The notes under the pieces: model-generated
Told to the model about the DNA's origin: nothing
Database searches by the model: none
Seen by the model: the letters and a program-made list of their open reading frames with translations, nothing else
Position numbers and translations under genes: made by a program
In this document: positions 18,980-27,795 of the stretch, piece after piece
How positions within the stretch are numbered: position 1 is the first letter of the stretch
How the letters are laid out: each line of letters starts with the position of its first letter
Assembly: GCA_016933055.1 (NCBI GenBank)
Contig: JAFGBS010000009.1
Coordinates: 360,001 to 392,000 of the forward strand
Direction: 5' to 3'
Length of the DNA stretch: 32,000 bases
DNA from: Promethearchaeota archaeon
Lineage (GTDB): Archaea; Asgardarchaeota; Lokiarchaeia; Sigyniarchaeales; Promethearchaeaceae

Positions 18980-21013
18980 ATGTCTGAAAAACACAATAGT
19001 GAACTCATTAACATTGATCCTCTAGAAAGTTCCGATGAAGAAATTTCTGAAGAAGAGGAGATAGTCCTACCTAGCGCTATCGATATTCAAGTGGACTCAT
19101 TAGATACAAGTCGTAAACAGTTTTTCAATCAAATTCTTGGGATGATCCAATCTTTAAGTGAACAGAAAGACATCATTTCAAAGATCTTGGATGAGGGTTG
19201 TTCTATACTGAATGCAAGTTCTGCAGCTCTGGTGATTTGGGAGGACAAATTAGGTTTCTTTAATTCCATATCGGGTTTTCCAGAAGAGATGAATATCCGA
19301 GGTCACTTAATCAATACTAATGAGGGATTAAGCGGGAGGATCTATTCCGAACAAAAAACAATTTGGATTCGCAATTATAGTAAGTCAATTTATTGTTATA
19401 AGTTATTTAAAAAACTGAATTTTAACTACGCAATAGGAACACCAATTGTTATCCGTGGGGAATTAATCGGAAATGTCAATTTTTATTATAAATCCATGCC
19501 TGAAGCGGATAATGAATTATTAAAAAGATTTATCGAGGATTTAAGTCAACAGTTAAGTATTGTTATCATAAACTCAAGAATTTACCAAGAACTCCAAGAA
19601 AATGCAAAAAAACTAGAAAATGTAATAAAATACCGGGATGTAATTTTAGATCACTCTCCAAATATCATCATTGATTTAGATAATAATGGGAAAATTCAAT
19701 ATTGGAACAAAACTGCTACCGATATCCTGGGATATTCCCCCCATGAAATGGCGGACTGTAATTTACCGTTAGCAGATCACGCAAATTCAGAACAATTTTT
19801 AAAATATTTCATTGATGCTCGTAAAGGCATTGAATATGAGAAAGCACCCATTGATTTTAAGAGAAGTAATAATGATGTTGTTACTTTAAATTTAAAAATA
19901 GTCCCTTTAATTACATCCACCCAACGAAAAAAGGGAGAAGAAGCTAAATCTATATTAATTTTCGCTATGGATGTTTCTCGGAAGCATATTTTGGAGCAAA
20001 AAATTAAACAAACTGAATTAGAGCTTCATGAACAAAAGCAAGAATTAGAGAAAACCCAAGAAAAACTAAAGGGTATTAGTAGAGATCTCAAAAATAAGGA
20101 AAAGCTAGCACGTATTGGAAGAATATACGGAAATCTTGCGAACCAAATTAATAATCCCTTGATGATTATTAGTAATTGGGTGCAAGTATTAATGGATTCT
20201 CATGAAGACGCCCCCTCCCCAAAAAGTCAGGAGACATACGCTTACCTTATGGAAATACCCTCCGAAATTGAACGAATAGCTGAAATCGTTCGAAACCTCC
20301 GAGTGTATTCTGAAATAGCTACACAAAAAATTGAAGATCGGGATTCAAAGGTATCGCACGGAGTAGGGGAAGATACAATTCCCCGATCAAATGATGTTAC
20401 CGTAATCAATCCGTTGTATGATGCAGTTAAGGACATTAAAAGATGCATTAAAGGAGAACGCATCAAAATCGATGTGGTCTCCAATTTTAAAAAGAATCCT
20501 CCTGTGATAAAGGGAAGATATCGTCATCTCAAAACTTGCTTTTACCATATTCTTGAAAATGCAGTAATCTCTCTTCGATTTAAAGATCTATATACAAAAC
20601 TCGGACTTATAGAGAAAAAATGGGATCGGAAAATCAAGGTTACTATAGGGGAAAAAATTATCAATGGCATCCCATATGTTCGGATAGAAATACATGATAG
20701 TGGTATTGGTATTGATCGGGATGAAATTCGAAATATTAAGAAAGCTTTTCACTCCAATTGGCCCAGTATCGATGATATACAAGAACTCGCTGAATCTGTC
20801 GGGAAAAAATTAAACGCTAAAGATTTAGAAATTATTCGAGATTTTTGTGAAGAGGGATTTAAACAAAAACTCAAAGATAAAAAATATTGTGTAGGAATGG
20901 GACTTACAATTGCCTCCCTTATCGTAAAATCCCATGAGGATAGTAGTATACACGCTAAACTAACTCCACAAGATGGAGTTTCCTTTATAATGGATTTCAA
21001 GCAAGTATCATGA
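18980..21013 (+). CDS. GAF-PAS sensor histidine kinase-like protein with degenerate H-box
   Basis: GAF (GLSGRI...AIGTPIVIRGELIG), PAS (SPNIIIDLDNNGKIQYWNKTATDILGY), coiled coil, HisKA-like ANQINNPL, N box ILENA, G1 box DSGIGID and G2-like GMGL. Confidence 0.9.
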   Translation: MSEKHNSELINIDPLESSDEEISEEEEIVLPSAIDIQVDSLDTSRKQFFNQILGMIQSLSEQKDIISKILDEGCSILNASSAALVIWEDKLGFFNSISGFPEEMNIRGHLINTNEGLSGRIYSEQKTIWIRNYSKSIYCYKLFKKLNFNYAIGTPIVIRGELIGNVNFYYKSMPEADNELLKRFIEDLSQQLSIVIINSRIYQELQENAKKLENVIKYRDVILDHSPNIIIDLDNNGKIQYWNKTATDILGYSPHEMADCNLPLADHANSEQFLKYFIDARKGIEYEKAPIDFKRSNNDVVTLNLKIVPLITSTQRKKGEEAKSILIFAMDVSRKHILEQKIKQTELELHEQKQELEKTQEKLKGISRDLKNKEKLARIGRIYGNLANQINNPLMIISNWVQVLMDSHEDAPSPKSQETYAYLMEIPSEIERIAEIVRNLRVYSEIATQKIEDRDSKVSHGVGEDTIPRSNDVTVINPLYDAVKDIKRCIKGERIKIDVVSNFKKNPPVIKGRYRHLKTCFYHILENAVISLRFKDLYTKLGLIEKKWDRKIKVTIGEKIINGIPYVRIEIHDSGIGIDRDEIRNIKKAFHSNWPSIDDIQELAESVGKKLNAKDLEIIRDFCEEGFKQKLKDKKYCVGMGLTIASLIVKSHEDSSIHAKLTPQDGVSFIMDFKQVS

Positions 21014-21078
21014 GGATTATTAACAATTTAAGATAAGATTAAAAAATAAAACCACGAAAAACTCACAACAAATAACAT

Positions 21079-21084
21079 AGGTGT
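21079..21084 (+). promoter_or_regulatory. Shine-Dalgarno-like site AGGTGT upstream of the response regulator
   Basis: acat-AGGTGT-tataa-ATT-acc-gat. Confidence 0.55.
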
Positions 21085-21089
21085 TATAA

Positions 21090-21758
21090 ATTACCGATAA
21101 AAAAGCAAGAATATTGGTTATTGATGATGAAAAAGCCATCAGAGTAACATTGAAAAGAATTCTTGAACTGGCAGATTTTACGGTCGAAACTGCGAGGGAT
21201 TTCCAAAGTGTTAAATCCATATTAAACGCTGAGAATCCTAATTTTGACCTACTTTTGGTAGACTTAGTTCTACCTAAAACTAATGGAATCGATATTGTAA
21301 AACACTTTAGCGAAAAATATGATTTCGACATACCTGTTATATTTTTAACAGGTGAACCGAACTTAGATTCCGCAATTAATGCACTGCGTTTAGGAGCTTA
21401 TGATTATATTGAGAAACCAATTAAAAAAGCACAATTACTAGAAGTCATCGAATATGCGTTACAACGCAAAAAAAGTGAGGATAATATCCAAGATAAGCGT
21501 ATGGCACAAAAAATGGAACAGAAGCTAAAGGGATTAGAAAAAAATTTACAATCAAGTATCATAACCAACTTTACAATGAAAGTCGATGCGCTACGAGAAA
21601 AAATTGATTATTTGAGACAGGGCAAAGCGGGAAACCTCCCCGTTGAGATTTCTAATGAAATTGCGAATTTAGATAAATTAGTTAATGACCTAGAACTCGA
21701 GATTAAAAAAAGTAATCACCTTGGAAAATTTATGCGAGAACTAACAAAAAAAAAATAG
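21090..21758 (+). CDS. Response regulator (receiver domain plus coiled-coil C-terminus)
   Basis: RILVIDDE, LLLVDLVLPKTNG (phospho-Asp), FLTG and YIEKP. Start placed at ATT 21090 (MTDKKARILVIDDE); the track start TTG 21114 cuts into beta-1. Confidence 0.92.
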   Translation: MTDKKARILVIDDEKAIRVTLKRILELADFTVETARDFQSVKSILNAENPNFDLLLVDLVLPKTNGIDIVKHFSEKYDFDIPVIFLTGEPNLDSAINALRLGAYDYIEKPIKKAQLLEVIEYALQRKKSEDNIQDKRMAQKMEQKLKGLEKNLQSSIITNFTMKVDALREKIDYLRQGKAGNLPVEISNEIANLDKLVNDLELEIKKSNHLGKFMRELTKKK

Positions 21759-21943
21759 TCTAATCTACATTTGTTGAACCTAATCGCTTTTTTTTCATAC
21801 GACCGTTGTATAAAGGGGTAACTATACTGTACGCAGTGCGTTTGGTCAGCAATTTTGATGATAGCATGTAAAAATCGAAATTTGGATGGATTCTTGGGGA
21901 GAAGGGAGAAGACCGCACAGTACAAAGGAGAATAAAGGGGAAA

Positions 21944-21967
21944 TTTTACCGATTAGCTTCGGTAAAA
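21944..21967. other. Perfect 9-bp inverted repeat with 6-nt spacer
   Basis: TTTTACCGA-ttagct-TCGGTAAAA, about 90 nt upstream of the roadblock ATG. Function unknown. Confidence 0.5.
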
Positions 21968-22056
21968 AAAGATTACTATACAATTTTTTGACATAGAAGA
22001 AATATTCAAATAGTGAATCAACCGATATTTTATTAGATCAATCGAGTGGGCACATT

Positions 22057-22416
22057 ATGAGTGATGCAATAATAAATGAAATCGCGCAATCCTTAAAGAA
22101 AATCAAAGGTATTCATGGTTCAGCAATAATTGAAAAATATGGTGAAATCACTGGATTTGCATTACCGGGTTGGGTAGATCCGGAGGGTGTAAGTGCTATG
22201 GTTGCTTTGATATTGAAGGCTAGTGAACGTGCAACTAAGGAATTAGATCAAGGAGAACTTCTTACTGCAACCTTAGAAAATGAAAAAGGAAAACTTGTTT
22301 TTACTCCTATTGGAGATAAAGTAATCGTCATAATTACTACAAAAGAAGCCCAATTGGGATTGATTACTCTCAAACTTGAAGCAGCTCGGAAAAAGCTGAA
22401 AGAAGGGACTATTTAA
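22057..22416 (+). CDS. Roadblock/LC7 (MglB/LAMTOR-like) domain protein
   Basis: 119 aa; KGIHGSAII...G, VSAMVALILKASERATKEL..GEL....LE.EKGKL and AQLGLI.L.L. Confidence 0.9.
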   Translation: MSDAIINEIAQSLKKIKGIHGSAIIEKYGEITGFALPGWVDPEGVSAMVALILKASERATKELDQGELLTATLENEKGKLVFTPIGDKVIVIITTKEAQLGLITLKLEAARKKLKEGTI

Positions 22417-22555
22417 TTTCTCTTTTTACTTTTTTGCGCACCTTAAGCTGAAATCTATTCTTTTTCCCCTTGAGAGCGGATCTTAAAAAAAGAATAAGCT
22501 TTTGAGTTCTTTCTTTAATAAAGTGAGTATAAAAAAAGAGAGTTGAATCCAATAA
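22417..22555. terminator. Oligo-T tracts on both strands between convergent genes (probable archaeal terminators)
   Basis: Plus strand has TTTCTCTTTTTACTTTTTTG right after the roadblock stop. The plus-strand AAAAAAAG runs form T-tracts on the minus strand downstream of the mre11-rad50 stop. Confidence 0.45.
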
Positions 22556-25500
22556 TTAATGAAGAATAATAGAATTTCCCGTATCATCACGACCAATCTT
22601 AATCCGATTTGAAAATTGCTCAGCCACATCCTCCAAATGCGTAATTAAGATGATATTCTTAAAGCGAGATTTCATAGAGAGGATCTTGTCTACGAATCGT
22701 TGTCGGGACATTTCATCATCCAAGGTTCCCAAATCCCCCTCATCAATAAATAAGGTATCTGATTTTCGAAATATTGCTCCAGCGGTATCGGGAATTTCCG
22801 ATATCCGTTCCATGATTGCAAATCGAATCGCTGCATTGATTTGAGTCTTTTCACCACCTGAATAGGTTCCAGCTTCCCGACTCAATTCTCCATCAAAAAC
22901 ATGGATATTGAATCCTACGCGATGATTCTCTTCAATGGGGACAAATTCAATTTGATTCAATCGGCCTCTTGTCAAATCACTGAGGATTTCTGATGCACGA
23001 ATAGAGATTGCAGGCAGTATTTTCTCCAGAGCGAATTTTGGAATTCCATCCAAATGGAAGATTTCCTTATGTAAAATGGTATAGACTTCAATTTCTCTTT
23101 TAAATTTGTTCAGTTCTTTGATCATGTTCCGAATATCGCTTTTTTTCTCTTCTTTTTCCATGATATCTTGTTCTAAATGTTGAATATCCGACTTGATGCG
23201 TTCAATGGCGATATCCATTTCCTTTAGCTCTTCTTTTGATAATTCGTAATAGGAACACAGCTCTTGGTACGATTTATATTTAGGTTCAAGTTCGTGAAAC
23301 TTGTTTTCTGTCTTTTTTTTCTCTTCTTCAATATTCTTGATGTTATGCACGGTTTCATTTATTAGCAGAGAATAATCTTTTAACTGAGATAATCGACTAA
23401 GCAATTTTTCTTCTTCTTGTTGTTGCTTTTCGATGGATTTTAGAGTACGTGTGACTTCTGCTAAATGCGATTGGAAGTCCTCTTCCAACTTCTGCTTACG
23501 CATGGAATCTTGTATCGTAGCAAGATCTGTTTGCAGTGGTTTAAGTATTCCATCAAGTTTGTCCTCTAAGACTTGTATTTCGACTTCCATGGTGGCGACC
23601 TGTTCGATAAGCTCATTGGCAATAAATATATCTTTGGTGATTAGTTTTTGCTTCGGTTTCACATTATTCAGCTCGTTAACTGTAGACGATTTGGTATTTT
23701 CAAATTGTACTAAACGAGGTTGATCTGAATATTCCTTTGCCATGGGGATTTCGATGTTTTGGAGGCGTGATAGGCGTTCTGTTAAAGCTCCAATTGTCTG
23801 TAATACATCAAATGCTTGTTCTTTACTCATATCCACTGCAAGCTTTTCAATCCTGGCTTTGAAGTTCTTAATTTTGGCTGCAATTTCTTTTATTTGCTCT
23901 TGATTCTGGTGCTTTACCATTGAAATTTTATCAACAATCGCTCTTTTCTCCGTTTCACAAAGTTGTTTTTGAGACAATTTCTCCTGTAATTCGTTTCGAA
24001 CTTTCTGATGCATGTCTTTCTCTTTGGATAAATCTTTGAACTTCTCCAACTGGTTTTGAATAACTTCATAATTTTTCTGGTTTTTCTGGTAATCAGTTAG
24101 ATTTTGCTTGGTTTTCATTAATTGCGACGCAAATTCTTGTACTTTGTTTTTAGTGATTTCATACTGAGTCAGTATGGAAGAATCCTTTTCGATTTCTTTT
24201 TCTAATTCGGTCATCTTCTGTTGGTGCTTATTGCGTTCTTTTTTAGATTCCTGCAGTACTGCTTTTTTTGTTTTAAGCTTGGTTACCAGTTCGGGGATTT
24301 TCTCGATATCTTCTTGTTGTGCCCCGATTTTCCCCTCAAGATTATCATGGACTGAATTCAGATCTTTTATGATCTTTCTCATATCCATGGTCGTGAATAT
24401 CTTGAGTTTGAATAATTTGGCCAGTCGTTCTTGTCTTTCAGCGGAAGAGAGCGATGAGAATATTTGCAGCTCTTGCTGGCGAATAAAAAATGAGGAGATA
24501 AAACTCTCATAATCATACCCGATAATCTCTTCCAGTCTTTTCTCTTGCTCGGGGATTTTTAACCCTTGATAAGGTTCCTGTCCATTGATAAAAATCCGTA
24601 ATTTTGGAGAATTTTGACTTCTTCGTATCCTCAAGAGGTTCTTCCCAATCTGAAACTCTACATCCACATATCCATTTTCATATAAGATCTCATCATTCGT
24701 CAATCCAGCTTCCTTTCTCATACTTCTTTTAAAAAGAGCAAATGTAATAGCATCTAATAAGGAAGATTTTCCCGTACCCGTTGGACCCGTTATAACGTAC
24801 AAATCCTCCTCAAATTCGATTCTGTTTGGGCCTTTCCTATATTTGTTGAAATTTTGGAGGGAAATGGATTTTATGGAGAGAGTTCCTTTTTCAGTAATAT
24901 CACTGGTTTTTAATTGAGATTCTATCAATTCAGTGCCTTTTTTGAACACATCATCGTAATATTCATTTTGTCTGTATTTCTGTTTCATAAAATCCTCAAA
25001 TAAACTCAAGGGGGAGAGATTAATACTCCTTAGATGCTGAAGTTCTTCTTCAGCTTTTACTACATAAATAATATCCGTATAGAACGAGCCGGTAAAATGC
25101 TGTTCGATTGCCCGTTTATCCAAATGAATTTGTTTTCCTTTAATGCAAGTTATGGTGACATGACAGAGTGCATGTTTTATCGTTTCTTTTTTGGGTAATC
25201 TCTCAAAAATATATTGAGTTAAATTTAGTGTATTAGGAGGGACTTCAATCTCAGTTTTAAGGATTGGGCGGCATTTCAACTCGTGGTATTTCAATGTATC
25301 CGTTTCAGGTTCATAGACACAATAATATTTTTTTGAATCCTTTTCTCCCATATCGATTCGCTCGGTAGAACCTAATACGACAATACGGTCATCGTTCCAC
25401 ATGGTTTGTTTAAGATGCACATGTCCGAATATAACTAAATCAAAAAAGTGTTTTTGAACCATCTGCTGATTAAACTCAAATTCTCCATAGATATGTGCAG

Positions 25501-26119
25501 GATTCATCGTTTCCCGGATTTTGCTTCCTTTCAGGTAATAGTGCCCGATTAGAATCCGTTTATCACACTCTTTAAGATCCTCTTCACATATTTGTGTAAT
25601 ATACCTTTGAACAATTGTTTGTGCGATGGATTGGGTATCCATACCTTCAGGAATGTCAAACCCGACCTTTTTCGCTAACGAAACTAATACATCATAATGC
25701 ATAAACGGTAAAAGTGCCAATCCTATGGAACAATTGTTAGATTGAATGATTTTAGAAGCAAATTGCATGTGTACCTCGACATTAGAATAGCTGGAAAGCT
25801 CCTCTAAATCTACTCCACGTTGCGGATGACGGGCAGCATCATGATTTCCTCCGATAATAATCACAGGGATCTTCGCTTTATATAAAGGGTCAAAAATACG
25901 ATTTCTCACAATTTTGCGAATTGTGGGGGAGATTATCTTTCGATCGTATACATCTCCTAGAAAAATGACATAATCTGCGTTATTTTGTATCGCATCCTTG
26001 ACAATTATCTCACAATTATCAATTACATCCAGATTTCGTTCCGAGATATTCAATTCGTAATTTGATAAATAGGAATATTTCTTCCCGAAATGGGTATCTC
26101 CTATAAAATATAATTTCAT
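22556..26119 (-). CDS. Mre11(SbcD)-Rad50(SbcC) fusion protein
   Basis: N-terminal phosphoesterase motifs GDTHFG, LGDVYD, GGNHD, IGH and FGHVH. From about residue 418: SISLQNF, Walker A GPTGTGKSS, Q-loop IRQQE, long coiled coil, signature YSGGE, Walker B/D-loop FIDEGDLGTLD and H-loop ITH. One uninterrupted frame; ATG 26119 (track TTG 26131). Confidence 0.93.
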   Translation of the reverse strand: MKLYFIGDTHFGKKYSYLSNYELNISERNLDVIDNCEIIVKDAIQNNADYVIFLGDVYDRKIISPTIRKIVRNRIFDPLYKAKIPVIIIGGNHDAARHPQRGVDLEELSSYSNVEVHMQFASKIIQSNNCSIGLALLPFMHYDVLVSLAKKVGFDIPEGMDTQSIAQTIVQRYITQICEEDLKECDKRILIGHYYLKGSKIRETMNPAHIYGEFEFNQQMVQKHFFDLVIFGHVHLKQTMWNDDRIVVLGSTERIDMGEKDSKKYYCVYEPETDTLKYHELKCRPILKTEIEVPPNTLNLTQYIFERLPKKETIKHALCHVTITCIKGKQIHLDKRAIEQHFTGSFYTDIIYVVKAEEELQHLRSINLSPLSLFEDFMKQKYRQNEYYDDVFKKGTELIESQLKTSDITEKGTLSIKSISLQNFNKYRKGPNRIEFEEDLYVITGPTGTGKSSLLDAITFALFKRSMRKEAGLTNDEILYENGYVDVEFQIGKNLLRIRRSQNSPKLRIFINGQEPYQGLKIPEQEKRLEEIIGYDYESFISSFFIRQQELQIFSSLSSAERQERLAKLFKLKIFTTMDMRKIIKDLNSVHDNLEGKIGAQQEDIEKIPELVTKLKTKKAVLQESKKERNKHQQKMTELEKEIEKDSSILTQYEITKNKVQEFASQLMKTKQNLTDYQKNQKNYEVIQNQLEKFKDLSKEKDMHQKVRNELQEKLSQKQLCETEKRAIVDKISMVKHQNQEQIKEIAAKIKNFKARIEKLAVDMSKEQAFDVLQTIGALTERLSRLQNIEIPMAKEYSDQPRLVQFENTKSSTVNELNNVKPKQKLITKDIFIANELIEQVATMEVEIQVLEDKLDGILKPLQTDLATIQDSMRKQKLEEDFQSHLAEVTRTLKSIEKQQQEEEKLLSRLSQLKDYSLLINETVHNIKNIEEEKKKTENKFHELEPKYKSYQELCSYYELSKEELKEMDIAIERIKSDIQHLEQDIMEKEEKKSDIRNMIKELNKFKREIEVYTILHKEIFHLDGIPKFALEKILPAISIRASEILSDLTRGRLNQIEFVPIEENHRVGFNIHVFDGELSREAGTYSGGEKTQINAAIRFAIMERISEIPDTAGAIFRKSDTLFIDEGDLGTLDDEMSRQRFVDKILSMKSRFKNIILITHLEDVAEQFSNRIKIGRDDTGNSIILH

Positions 26120-26134
26120 TTTACCTTTCAATCC

Positions 26135-27769
26135 TTATTTGAATAACGCTTTCGCATCTCCTTTCATAATATCATTTTTTACTTCCGCTTGGGTCTTAAT
26201 CATCTTAAGTGCTTTCTTAAGATCATCTTCTTTATGATAATCCATTATCCGAATGATAGTAGGAACCGTAATTGCATCTCCATAGATCAAGCATTCTCGT
26301 TTCAACAAACCCGAAATGATTTTACGATATTCGGTCGGATTCCGAAGTGTTCCTACGGTTTTATCGATATCTCTACTGTCAATCAAATGCATAATAAATC
26401 TCGTGGCAACTTGGGACATTACTTCTTCATCAATTTGAGAAGGACGTTGGTCCACAAAAGCAAGCGTTAATTGGAATTTTCGCATTTCTCTAGCGATTCG
26501 GTCAAATATGGTGTATCGGATAACACCGGGATGTAGAAATTTGTGAGCTTCTTCCAATACGACTACTAAAGGAGGAAGATCTTCATTTTCCTCTCGTAGC
26601 GAATACATCTGATATAATCGGCGAGTAATAGCGTTTGCTATGAAATAATAGAGAAATTTATCTACACCGTAAGTACCGAAATCAATGACAACGGATTTTC
26701 CCTTCTGGATTTGTTCAAACATATTCTGAATGCTATCAGGCGTATTGGGAATTTTTGGAACTAGAAAAGAATATTTATGGAAGCGGCTAATGCGATTCCG
26801 TAATGCGATTAAAGATGATCGAAATATATTTGGTTCTTCTTCTCCATTGTTGTTGATATAATTCAATAAATCTTGACTTTGTTTTGGATCACTTCGCATT
26901 TTTGTTTCAAGAATATGAAGTGCGTTGATAGATGGTTCTCCCAAAGTCTGGCTGCTTGCGATAATATCGCCGCTGGTAATATTTTCCCGATAAAATTTAA
27001 ACGGCTCGGCATCATCTATGACTTTTTCTTTCTGATTTACATCACCGAGTCGATATATTTGAATCTCATCGTGGAAGTAATGTTTAAGCCCTTTAGAACG
27101 ATCTTCTCCGCGGGATACTAACCCATACTCTCCTTGCATATCAAAAATTAGTAATCTCGATACTTTTTGCTTTAAAATGAACAAACAGAGCAATTTATTC
27201 AGTATTGATTTTCCTATCCCCGTTCTACCGAACACTCCAAATGGTTTTTTCACTAAAGTTCCAAAATCAATCGGAATTTTGTAATTAAAACCACGAAGCG
27301 TGCCAATAGAATCCGAAGTGGGGGTTTCTCCGAAAATAATTTTAATTTCCTCTTCGGTTATTGATCGACATTTCGCAAATACAGGAGGAATAGTATCAAA
27401 TTCTCGCAATTCTTCATTAGTGGTATCGATGGGAATAATTTTCAAACAGTCTAAGTTGGCAAGACCATAAAATTCTTTCCCACGCACACCCTCTACTTGA
27501 CTCGCTGGAATCAAGTTAGTTAAGGAAGTGTTAGCAAATTTCATAACAACATCATTAGGTGGATAAAATAAACGATTGACCATGCTATAATACAAAAACT
27601 TGTCTGTATCTACAATTATTGGTTGCCCGAGTTTTAATTCATCTGGTCTTTTTTGGATCTTTAATATTATTCCAGTTTCGGTATCTGCAAGACAGACTTC
27701 TCCTATTTTCTCCTTTTCAATTGGAGTGGGTATTTCTTCAAATTTCATATCTTCTTCCTTTTTTTTCAC
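26135..27769 (-). CDS. herA: HerA-family helicase/translocase ATPase
   Basis: N-terminal HAS-barrel-like region, Walker A FGRTGIGKS, FDMQGEY, Walker B VLEEAHKF and IAREMRKF...DQRPSQID. The start may be ATG 27748. Confidence 0.92.
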   Translation of the reverse strand: MKKKEEDMKFEEIPTPIEKEKIGEVCLADTETGIILKIQKRPDELKLGQPIIVDTDKFLYYSMVNRLFYPPNDVVMKFANTSLTNLIPASQVEGVRGKEFYGLANLDCLKIIPIDTTNEELREFDTIPPVFAKCRSITEEEIKIIFGETPTSDSIGTLRGFNYKIPIDFGTLVKKPFGVFGRTGIGKSILNKLLCLFILKQKVSRLLIFDMQGEYGLVSRGEDRSKGLKHYFHDEIQIYRLGDVNQKEKVIDDAEPFKFYRENITSGDIIASSQTLGEPSINALHILETKMRSDPKQSQDLLNYINNNGEEEPNIFRSSLIALRNRISRFHKYSFLVPKIPNTPDSIQNMFEQIQKGKSVVIDFGTYGVDKFLYYFIANAITRRLYQMYSLREENEDLPPLVVVLEEAHKFLHPGVIRYTIFDRIAREMRKFQLTLAFVDQRPSQIDEEVMSQVATRFIMHLIDSRDIDKTVGTLRNPTEYRKIISGLLKRECLIYGDAITVPTIIRIMDYHKEDDLKKALKMIKTQAEVKNDIMKGDAKALFK

Positions 27770-27795
27770 TATTTTTCCCTCATTTTCATATTATC

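Noticed and set aside
6651-21013. TGA stops (gcvPA, HisJ-like, kinase) as selenocysteine recoding sites
   Set aside because: Each TGA falls at the natural end of a complete domain and is followed by the next gene's start; no Cys-equivalent position or SECIS-like element was identified.
21020-21331. 103-aa ORF (-)
   Set aside because: Antisense to the response regulator, with no motif.
21716-21925. 69-aa ORF (-) in the RR-roadblock gap
   Set aside because: TTG start without an SD, overlap with the RR 3' end and no recognisable motif; not supportable as a gene.
23433-24512. ORFs 23433-23723 and 24174-24512 (+)
   Set aside because: Ser-rich antisense shadows produced by Glu/Lys-rich coiled-coil codons.
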